Origin: Verrucomicrobiota bacterium
GTDB lineage: Bacteria > Verrucomicrobiota > Verrucomicrobiia > Limisphaerales > CANJSG01
Assembly (NCBI GenBank): GCA_038209745.1
Contig: JBBQXJ010000058.1
Coordinates: 1 to 30,974, forward strand
Reading direction: 5' to 3'
Length of the DNA: 30,974 nucleotides
Positions 8,026-16,983 of this stretch are shown here, piece by piece. A program made the position numbers and the translations under genes. Numbering within the stretch: position 1 is the stretch's first letter; the number at the start of each line of letters is the position of its first letter. The notes beneath the pieces are model-generated. The model was given only the letters and a program-made list of their open reading frames with translations, was not told the origin of the DNA and did no database searches.

Positions 8026-9120
8026 ATGGAGGCGATGACATGCCTGCAGCGAATCTTGTCCGGATGGGGTCGAGCCCTGCTGCTGGTCGTTCTCGGGTGG
8101 GCTGCGGCGGGCTGCAGCCACGTGGGCTATTACGCGCAGGCTGTTTCGGGCCAATGCGGTGTCTGGGCACGGCAGCGCTCGGTCGAGTCGCTGCTGGAGC
8201 GGCCCGACACGTCCCCGGCGCTGCGTCGGCAGTTGGCGTTCGCGGTTCGAATTCGCGAGTTCGCGCGGGACGAGCTGCATCTTGATTCAGGAGGCTCCTA
8301 CCGGCGTTACGCGGATCTCGGGCGGGACTATGTTTCGTGGTCGGTGACGGCGGCTCCGGCGTATTCTTTGGAGCCGAAGGAGTGGTGGTATCCGGTCGTG
8401 GGGAGCCTCAGTTACCGGGGTTATTTCCGAGAGGATTCCGCGCGGGTTCTGGCCAACAAACTTCGAAGCGAAGGCTGGGACGTCTCGGTGGGCGGGGTGA
8501 CGGCCTATTCGACTCTGGGCTGGTTCTCGGATCCGCTCCTCAACACCTACATCTTCGACTCGGAAGTGCGGTTGGCGGATCTTTTGTTCCACGAGCTGGC
8601 CCATCGCCGTTTCTTCGTGGCGGGCGACACGGAGTTCAACGAGGCCTTCGCGACTGCCGTGGCGGCGGAAGGAGTGAAGCGTTGGTTGGAACACACCGGG
8701 GATTCCAATCTGGTCGCGGCCGTCCAACGGCAAGAGCCGCGCGACGACGCGGTCCGTCGGGTGCTGCTGGCCGGGCGAAACCGCCTGAGCGCGCTCTATC
8801 GGGAGACGGCGGAACCGACGGCTCTCCGAGATGGCAAGACCCGGGAGTTCGAGCGGATCACGGCCGAACTGCGGGATTTGGCCACCGATTGGGGCGATGA
8901 CCGGGCCGTGGAACCGTGGCTTCGCGCTCCGTTGAACAATGCCCGGCTGAACGACGTGGCAACGTATTACGAGCTGGTCCCGAAGTTCGAGGGTCTCTTG
9001 CGCGATTGCGGCGGCGATCTGGAATCCTGGTATCGGCGAGTGGAGAAGATCGGGGAATTGGGCAGGGTCGAGCGAAGGAGCGCGCTGATGGAGCGGACGG
9101 AGCGGTTCTCGTTGCGCTGA
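8026..9120 (+). CDS. Putative zinc aminopeptidase (Aminopep family), probable lipoprotein
   Basis: Lipobox-like LLLVVLGWAAAGC; WWYPVVG..YRGYF, AYSTLGWFSDPL, LFHELAH (HExxH), DTEFNEAFA. Start ATG 8026 or 8035. Confidence 0.88.
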   Translation: MEAMTCLQRILSGWGRALLLVVLGWAAAGCSHVGYYAQAVSGQCGVWARQRSVESLLERPDTSPALRRQLAFAVRIREFARDELHLDSGGSYRRYADLGRDYVSWSVTAAPAYSLEPKEWWYPVVGSLSYRGYFREDSARVLANKLRSEGWDVSVGGVTAYSTLGWFSDPLLNTYIFDSEVRLADLLFHELAHRRFFVAGDTEFNEAFATAVAAEGVKRWLEHTGDSNLVAAVQRQEPRDDAVRRVLLAGRNRLSALYRETAEPTALRDGKTREFERITAELRDLATDWGDDRAVEPWLRAPLNNARLNDVATYYELVPKFEGLLRDCGGDLESWYRRVEKIGELGRVERRSALMERTERFSLR

Positions 9121-9186
9121 AGCCTCGGCAAACCAACGAGACGCGGTGTTTGCGCGCCCGGGCCTAACGGTTACCGTTCTGTCGCG

Positions 9187-9462
9187 ATGCAGAATTCCGG
9201 CGACAATCCGAACGACCCCAAAGCCACCATGCTGGGACTGGTCAAGGTCATGGAATGGTCGCTGTTTCTCGCACTGGGAGTCCTGTCGGCCTTGATCGGT
9301 TCCGTCCGCGAGTTGTCCGAGGATCACAGCCTCCAGTTCAACCTTTGGACGGTGTTGGCGCCGGCGATCGTGCTGACCCTGAACCGGCTGTTTTGGCGAC
9401 ACGTCAGGAGGCGGATTCAACGGGAAGACTTCGGGCCGCAGGGACCGGGTGGCCGCAGTTGA
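9187..9462 (+). CDS. Small two-TM hypothetical membrane protein (91 aa)
   Basis: Two hydrophobic stretches followed by an Arg-rich tail; fills the gap between genes. Confidence 0.6.
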   Translation: MQNSGDNPNDPKATMLGLVKVMEWSLFLALGVLSALIGSVRELSEDHSLQFNLWTVLAPAIVLTLNRLFWRHVRRRIQREDFGPQGPGGRS

Positions 9463-9475
9463 TCGCGGGAAATAA

Positions 9476-11773
9476 TCAGCGTGTCTTGCGGGCAGTAATT
9501 GTCCGGCTAGGAGAGCTTTCACCGAGGCTGCTGCGGTTGGTCGACTGGGACGTTCTCCGGGCGGCCAGCGGAACCCGGGCTTTTTCAGCGGCGGCCCGTG
9601 ACGCGGCACGTCCGCGAAGGGGGCGGAAAACCTGGCGGGCGTAGGGATGGAGGATGGCTTCCGGCGGAATGCCGGCCACGTCCAGTGAACTGCGGGTCGC
9701 GATCCAGAAGTCCTCCACGATGGCGGCCTGCTGTTCGGGATTGAACTGGCGCAGGTCTCCCTTGTTCCGTTCGAGGGCGGCGACGGTGTAGCGATGGGCG
9801 GCCCCACGTCCGGCGGGCTCGCTGCCGGTGACCGCGCGCAGCGGTGCGCAGACGGATTGGAACAGGTAGATCGGACCGGACTGGACACCTTGCCACACAT
9901 GGACCAGCTCATGGATCAGAGTGGCGAGAAAGTTTTGGTCGTCGCGATCGCTGTCCGCCTTGGCGAAGTTCAGCAGGTACATCGTGGTGAACGGCGTGCG
10001 TGCGTTGATCCAAGTGGCGACTTCGGATGGGATGGTGCCGGAGGCGATCTTCACGCGGTTCAGATCGATGGAGGACCCGAAGATGATCTCGGCTTCCCGG
10101 CGCTCCGGGTCGTTCAGGTTCCGGTAGCCTCCCCAGATCTCGAAGAAGACGGTGACGGCTTGGAAGAGCGCGGCGGGACCGGTTTCATCGGCGGCCTTGA
10201 GGATTTCCAGCGGACTTCGGCCGAGGGCGACGAGTGCTTCGATGAACCCCTTGCGGTAGCTTTCTTGGACATCCGTGAGGATCGAGCGCACCGCTTCTGT
10301 CAGGCGCAGGCCGATCTGCAATAGTCCCTCAAGCGTGGTGCGGGTCGCCTCGGGCAGGCTCGTGGCCACGGCCATGAGGATCTCCCCCTTCGCAATTCCC
10401 GCGCCGATCATCGCCCTGAGCAAGGACTGGAAGCCGAAGCGGGTCAGCTTCAGTCCTTCCTTGAGGAGGGAGGCAAGCGATTGTCCGCTCCGGAGCAGGG
10501 CGGACAGGAGGACGCGGGCGGTTTCCGGGGATTGGCGGATGAGGAACTCGAGGATTTCCGTGGGCTTGCGACCAGCCGCGAGCAGGGCCGCCACCACTTC
10601 GCGGACGACGCTGGCGGATTCCAAGATCACGGCCTCGAGGATCTCCTGACATTTGCGGCCCACCTGGAGGAGGGCATGCACGGTTCCCCGGGCGAGCTCC
10701 GGAGTCATGTTGGCCACGGCGGCGAGCATGTCCCTCAGCGGACGGCCGGCATCGAGAACGCCTTGGACGACCGCTTCGAGAATGGCGGGAGATTGCGAAG
10801 CGGCGGCGGCGAGGACGGCTCCGACGGTCTGGCCGATCTCCGAGAGATTTTGGGCCACGACGCGGGCGGCGGCAGGGCCTTTGTGCGCCGCGAGCGCGAC
10901 AATCTCGGAGAGGCGTTTGCCGAGGTCGATCAGCGCCTGGAGGACGCTCTTCACGGTCTCGGCGGGCAGGACGACGGCCCACTCGATGATCGGGGCCATT
11001 TCGTGTCCAGCGTCGAGCGCTCCGTGGACGAACTTCTTGAGGACGAGGGATCCGTGATCGGCGGCCACGCAGAGAATCTGGGGAAGAGGACGCCCAGTCT
11101 TCTCGAGAATCTCGATGAAGTCTGCGACTTCATTGATGGCACGGTTGGCGATGTCGTTTACCACGGCGCCGAACAGCTCTTCGTGGTGCTCGGTCGCGGC
11201 GGCAAGATTCTTGGCGACGGCCGCCAATTTGGCATCGGTGCCCTCGATCATGAGGGTCACCTCGCCGACGAGGCCCTTGCTCTTCTTGGGACTGGCGGCG
11301 CGACCCCGGGTCTTCTTGGGCCGGCCAGCGGCGGAACGTTCGCGGACCGTCTTGCCGGCGAGGCGGAACCACTCGGCCAGACCCGTTGCGGAAAGTCCCT
11401 CCGCGACATAGTCCTTGGCGAAGAGCTTGGTTTTGGCCGGTGAAAGCGACGCCATCTGATGGGCCAGGAGCAACTCGCAGCCGGTTTCTTTGTAGGCGCG
11501 CAGGACCGCTCGGCGGGCGGCGTGTTGTTTCGGGGTCAGCTCGGCGGCCCACTCGATCAGCTTGTGCGAGTTGGCGAGGGTTTTTTCGCGGGCCAACCCG
11601 CCGTCGAGGAGCCCCGAGGCGAGAGCGGTGGTGTTTTCCGGGGAATGGCGCCACGCGGCGGCGACGGCCAGAGCCACTTGCTTCTCGCCGAATCCACTCT
11701 TTCGCCAAGACGCGGCTGCGTTCTCGGAGGTGGAGAGATCAAATTTCGTGATGTCGAACTTCACGGCAGGCAT
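9476..11773 (-). CDS. Alpha-helical 29-aa repeat protein with C-terminal HExxH zincin (DUF4157-like) domain
   Basis: 11 tandem 29/30-aa units (aa 227-547). C-terminal IFGSSIDLNRVKI...LIHELVHVWQ...FNPEQQAAIVEDF. No signal peptide. Confidence 0.8.
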   Translation of the reverse strand: MPAVKFDITKFDLSTSENAAASWRKSGFGEKQVALAVAAAWRHSPENTTALASGLLDGGLAREKTLANSHKLIEWAAELTPKQHAARRAVLRAYKETGCELLLAHQMASLSPAKTKLFAKDYVAEGLSATGLAEWFRLAGKTVRERSAAGRPKKTRGRAASPKKSKGLVGEVTLMIEGTDAKLAAVAKNLAAATEHHEELFGAVVNDIANRAINEVADFIEILEKTGRPLPQILCVAADHGSLVLKKFVHGALDAGHEMAPIIEWAVVLPAETVKSVLQALIDLGKRLSEIVALAAHKGPAAARVVAQNLSEIGQTVGAVLAAAASQSPAILEAVVQGVLDAGRPLRDMLAAVANMTPELARGTVHALLQVGRKCQEILEAVILESASVVREVVAALLAAGRKPTEILEFLIRQSPETARVLLSALLRSGQSLASLLKEGLKLTRFGFQSLLRAMIGAGIAKGEILMAVATSLPEATRTTLEGLLQIGLRLTEAVRSILTDVQESYRKGFIEALVALGRSPLEILKAADETGPAALFQAVTVFFEIWGGYRNLNDPERREAEIIFGSSIDLNRVKIASGTIPSEVATWINARTPFTTMYLLNFAKADSDRDDQNFLATLIHELVHVWQGVQSGPIYLFQSVCAPLRAVTGSEPAGRGAAHRYTVAALERNKGDLRQFNPEQQAAIVEDFWIATRSSLDVAGIPPEAILHPYARQVFRPLRGRAASRAAAEKARVPLAARRTSQSTNRSSLGESSPSRTITARKTR
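10133..11095 (-). repeat. Intragenic tandem protein repeat, 11 x 29-30 aa (about 87-nt period)
   Basis: Units begin GRPLPQ, GHEMAP, GKRLSE, GQTVGA, GRPLRD, GRKCQE, GRKPTE, GQSLAS, GIAKGE, GLRLTE, GRSPLE. The first nine are exactly 29 aa, the last two 30 aa. Confidence 0.85.
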
Positions 11774-11948
11774 GGGCGTAAAAATGCAGAAAAAATTCCC
11801 GAGGTCCTTTAAGACCTGAGCCGAAGGCGACTGTCCAAGTCAAGGCATCACTCCGCCATGGCACGCCGAGAACGAAGGCCATTTTGGGCAAACCATTGGC
11901 AGGATTGCCATTGCGACATCCGTTGTCCGCCGGTCCACTGTTGGGTCG

Positions 11949-13535
<1,587 letters not shown>

Positions 13536-13553
13536 GGGGGACGTTCGGCTGGC

Positions 13554-14462
13554 TCACTTGTCGGCCAGATGCAGACCTGCGGTCAGCCACGCGGCCACCG
13601 ATAGTCCAAGCGTAATGGCGAGAAGCCAGTGGTTCAGCCGTGGCGGCGTTCCTCCGGCCCGGCGCATGGGCCGCCAGAACCATCCCAATCCGGCGCCCGC
13701 GAGGAAGCCTGCGGTGTGCCCGATCCAGTCCGTGCCCGCCTTGGGTGAGAACCCATAGAAGACGAAGAGCAGAACGGCCGGCGTGACCGTGCGGACGAGC
13801 AACGACAGGGACAGGTTCCGCAGTTTACCGGCGGGGGCGGGAGACGCCGCCAGCAGACCGATCGCGCCCATGACCATTCCCGAAGCTCCCACCGCCGAAT
13901 ACTCCGGGGGATAGACCATCCAGCCGGCGAGATTGCCCAGGATGCCGGCCAGCATCACCGAGAAGAGCGCGACCCCCGCGCCCCAGAGCCCCATCGCCAC
14001 GCCCACGAAGAGATAGCCCGCCATCAGGTTCGAGGCCAGATGCCCGCCGTCTGCATGGAGCATCGTCGCCGTCAGCAATCGCCAGACTTCACCCTGGGAG
14101 ACACCGGACTCCTGCATCTTTCCGGCGGCATAGAGACCCGGAATCCGTGCGGACACCGCCGCCATCACCGCCATCACCGTGACCCATCCCGTGCTGCCCC
14201 AGTGGAAGACCAGCGGCGTGGATGGGATTCTCCTTTGCCAACGCCAGCGTCGGTTCTCCTCGCGATACGTCCCGATGGCGGCCCGGGCGGCGGCGGCCTG
14301 TTCGCTCGGCACCACGAGCGCGAAGGTTCCATCCGGGGTTTCGACCAACGCTCCTTCGAGCCCTTGGCTGGCCAGCACCAGGCTCCAGTCCATCGCCTGG
14401 CGACGATTCCGCACGGGAATCATGTCGGCTGATGGCTCCGAAGTGGTCTGGCTGGGATCCAT
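13554..14462 (-). CDS. Rhomboid family intramembrane serine protease
   Basis: WRLLTATMLH...HLASN, VGASG (catalytic Ser), GHTAGFLAG (catalytic His); soluble N-terminal domain. Confidence 0.92.
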   Translation of the reverse strand: MDPSQTTSEPSADMIPVRNRRQAMDWSLVLASQGLEGALVETPDGTFALVVPSEQAAAARAAIGTYREENRRWRWQRRIPSTPLVFHWGSTGWVTVMAVMAAVSARIPGLYAAGKMQESGVSQGEVWRLLTATMLHADGGHLASNLMAGYLFVGVAMGLWGAGVALFSVMLAGILGNLAGWMVYPPEYSAVGASGMVMGAIGLLAASPAPAGKLRNLSLSLLVRTVTPAVLLFVFYGFSPKAGTDWIGHTAGFLAGAGLGWFWRPMRRAGGTPPRLNHWLLAITLGLSVAAWLTAGLHLADK

Positions 14463-14546
14463 TGGTGTGTCGGCTTTTGGCCAGAGTGGGCTTGTCGTTC
14501 CTGAAATTCTGCCGACGAACTAGGCCTGCGACCGACCGAGGCCGGG

Positions 14547-14562
14547 TGGAACTTGATGTGCC
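14547..14562 (+). promoter_or_regulatory. Putative sigma54 promoter overlapped by an imperfect palindrome
   Basis: TGGAACTTGATGTGCC (GG-N10-GC). The opposite strand reads TGGCACATCAAGTTCC. Inverted repeat GAACTTGATG/CATGAAGTTC (9/10). Confidence 0.45.
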
Positions 14563-14642
14563 ATGAAGTTCATCGTGGTCAAATGTTCCGCCGGACTGGT
14601 CCGGGATCCGCTGAAAGAAAACTTTTTACCGTTTCTCGCCGC

Positions 14643-14790
14643 ATGACTGTTATCTAGCCCAACTGTCGCGTCCAGTTCACTCCGGAAGACGTCGCGTTCC
14701 TCCTCAAATCCCTGAGCCGCCATGGCTAACAGGAAGCGAGTCTCGCCCGCCTTTTGCTCGATCCCGATTCGCTCGGCCAGCTGCTGGACC
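14643..14790 (+). pseudogene. 5' remnant of a conserved hypothetical gene (xxIQPNCRVQFT-type), two in-frame stops, cut off by a REP-like element
   Basis: Translates as MTVI*PNCRVQFTPEDVAFLLKSLSRHG*QEASLARLLLDPDSLGQLLD. From memory this resembles the N-terminus of a conserved Verrucomicrobial hypothetical family; not verified by search. Confidence 0.6.
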
Positions 14791-14898
14791 GCGAAGCGGT
14801 CCTGCGCGGCGGTGCCCGGGCGCTTTGAGGGGGACGGTCCGGCTCCAGTGCGCGTTCCCCAAAGAGGCGCGGTGGCGCGCGCAGTCCAAAAGCTTCGC
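14791..14898. repeat. REP/MITE-like long imperfect inverted repeat
   Basis: Left arm GCGAAGC..CTGCGCG..GCTTTG and right arm CAAAG..CGCGCAGTCCAAAAGCTTCGC are complementary. Confidence 0.6.
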
Positions 14899-14966
14899 CA
14901 CTGATATTGGCCGATCCGTTGTTGTGAGGTTGTAACCCCGATGCGGCCACTTGGGGTTGGACCCTG

Positions 14967-15716
14967 CTAAGAGTTGGAATGAATCGGCTTCTTGATCGCC
15001 TTGAAACCGCGAACGGAGTGAAGCCCGAAGATTAGGCCGCCTAGTATAAACAAGCCCGGCACACCTGGCTCGGGGATCGGCTGAGTCGAGAACCGTATCG
15101 AATCCACGGCGAGGGAGGCATTGTCGATGTGGGGAATGCCGGAAAAGAGGGTGAAATTAAGTTCGGCAGTCTGTCCCGCCAAAGTGTGAATATCGGCCCC
15201 ATAGAGCGTGAAGTTGCCTTTATTCGAGAGCGGCACGAGTGACAGGGCCTGGCCACCAAGTTTCACGGCGAATGACGTGGGTGGTCTCCCGTAAGAAAAC
15301 AACGCATCAAACAACAATGATTGTGAACCGTCTGGAACGACCCCGGTCTGCGACAGCGTAGCGTCTGCCGGTTGATCGGTGGTTCCGAGCCTCACGCCCG
15401 CTTGGAGAAGCACCGCATAGCTACCTTGCCGAACATAGAATCCGGAAGCATACCCAGTGTCCATCAGGCCGATCCCGGATGAATCCAGAAACTTGTTGTC
15501 ATACAAGGCCCGGACCTCCCGCGTCCCGTCGACAGAGCCGGTCCATCCAGGTAGCGCCGAAGAGAGCTGGACGCGCCCGTAGGGATCTCCGGGAACCGGA
15601 ACCAGCGACGCCGATTCGAAATCAAGGTTGATGAAGCTGCCTTGGGCATGTGCGCTTCCGGTCAAGAGGCCGATAGCAACAAGAAGAATTGTTCCCCACT
15701 GATTATTCATAGCCAT
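14967..15716 (-). CDS. PEP-CTERM exosortase-target surface protein
   Basis: Signal peptide ending AHA-QG, FINLDFESA start of the mature chain, C-terminal IPEPG + hydrophobic helix + basic tail. Visibly lower GC than neighbours. Confidence 0.88.
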   Translation of the reverse strand: MAMNNQWGTILLVAIGLLTGSAHAQGSFINLDFESASLVPVPGDPYGRVQLSSALPGWTGSVDGTREVRALYDNKFLDSSGIGLMDTGYASGFYVRQGSYAVLLQAGVRLGTTDQPADATLSQTGVVPDGSQSLLFDALFSYGRPPTSFAVKLGGQALSLVPLSNKGNFTLYGADIHTLAGQTAELNFTLFSGIPHIDNASLAVDSIRFSTQPIPEPGVPGLFILGGLIFGLHSVRGFKAIKKPIHSNS

Positions 15717-15720
15717 ACCT

Positions 15721-16680
15721 CTACTGCGTCTCCCCCTTGGTCACCCGGAGGAACACTTCTTCCAGGCCGAGTTCTTCTTCGCGGAGGCCGGTGAGTTTGT
15801 GGCCGGATTTGACGAGGGTTTCGGCGATGATGCCGGGGTCGGCGTCGTGGCCGGCGAGGGTGACTTTCAGGCGGCCTTCCTCCACTACGGCGGTGCTGAT
15901 GGCGGGCACGGTCTTGAGCAGGGCGGCGGCGGTTTCCATGTCCGGGGTTTCGACCCAGAAGACCCAGCCTTCGGAGACCCGGTCGCGGACGCCCTGGACG
16001 GGGCCGGAGTAGATGAGCTGGCCGCGCTCGATGATGGCGCAGCGGTTACAGAGGGTCTGGAGTTCGCTGAGGATGTGGGAGGAGATGATGATGGTTTTCC
16101 CCAGGCGCTGGAGCTCCTGGAGGATGGCCATCATCTCGATGCGGGCGCGGGGATCGAGGCCGCTGGCGGGTTCGTCGAGCAGCAGCAGATCCGGATCGTG
16201 GATGAGCACGCGGGCGAGGCCGATGCGCTGCTGCATGCCGCGGCTGAGCGCGCCGATGAGCGCGCCTTTCTTTTCGGTCAGGCCGACGAGTTCGAGGACG
16301 TCGCCGACGGTCTTCTCGCGCTTGGCGGCGGGCAGACGGTAGCAGGCGCCGAAGAAGTCGAGGTATTCGGTGACTTCCATGTCCTTATACACGCCGAAGA
16401 AGTCGGGCATGTAGCCGATCTTGCGGCGGACGGCGTCGGCCTCACGGACGACGTCGGAGCCGAGGACGCGGGCGGTGCCGGCGCTGGGTTGGAGGAAGGT
16501 GGCGAGGATGCGGAGCGTGGTGGTCTTGCCGGCGCCGTTGGAGCCGATGAACCCGAAGAGGTCGCCGCGATGGACGGTGAGGTTCAGGTTCGAGAGCGCG
16601 GTCATGGACCCATAGGTGCGGGTGAGTCCGATGGTTTCGACGGCGGGAACCGGTGGCAAGGGAGGGGCTACGTCAGACAT
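15721..16680 (-). CDS. ABC-2 type (CcmA/DrrA-like) transporter ATP-binding protein
   Basis: Walker A GSNGAGKTT, signature LSRGMQQR, Walker B LLLLDEP, H-loop SSH. Confidence 0.95.
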   Translation of the reverse strand: MSDVAPPLPPVPAVETIGLTRTYGSMTALSNLNLTVHRGDLFGFIGSNGAGKTTTLRILATFLQPSAGTARVLGSDVVREADAVRRKIGYMPDFFGVYKDMEVTEYLDFFGACYRLPAAKREKTVGDVLELVGLTEKKGALIGALSRGMQQRIGLARVLIHDPDLLLLDEPASGLDPRARIEMMAILQELQRLGKTIIISSHILSELQTLCNRCAIIERGQLIYSGPVQGVRDRVSEGWVFWVETPDMETAAALLKTVPAISTAVVEEGRLKVTLAGHDADPGIIAETLVKSGHKLTGLREEELGLEEVFLRVTKGETQ

Positions 16681-16704
16681 GGTCTTTGGAGGCGGAGTTT
16701 TTTG

Positions 16705-16952
16705 ACCGCAGATTACGCGGAAGACGCGGAAAAGGGATGGAACGGCGGAGGCACGATCGACTCGACCGGGGCCTTTGCCTGAGCGGAGCGCGGAGCATCG
16801 CTCAGCCCGATCTTGGGAAGGTTCTCGCGGAGCGATGCTGCGCGCTTCGTGATCGGCCCGCTGGCTATTCCGCAGCGTTCCGGAGATGCCATTGGAGCCC
16901 GCCTTTCATTCGACCGTCTTCCGGGCGGCTCGGCGGGAGTCGTCGCCCTGCC
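16705..16952. repeat. Cluster of intergenic REP-like elements
   Basis: 9-nt period triplet CCGCAGATT/ACGCGGAAG/ACGCGGA (16705-16730). An 18-bp IR with 16/18 match (16786-16803 / 16830-16847). REP-like GGCAGGGCGACGACTCCCGCCGAGCCG on the minus strand (16926-16952). Confidence 0.5.
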
Positions 16953-16983
16953 TTTTCCAATTGATGGATTGGAGGTCATCGGG

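Noticed and set aside
11886..11915. GGGCAAACCATT resembles the start of a c-di-GMP-I riboswitch upstream of pckA
   Set aside because: The required GNRA-loop stem and downstream GGGACGCAAAGC segment are absent.
14563..14646. 27-aa ORF (MKFIVVK...) overlapping the pseudogene start as a leader peptide
   Set aside because: It begins immediately after the -12 element, upstream of the predicted TSS; no RBS or regulatory codon run.
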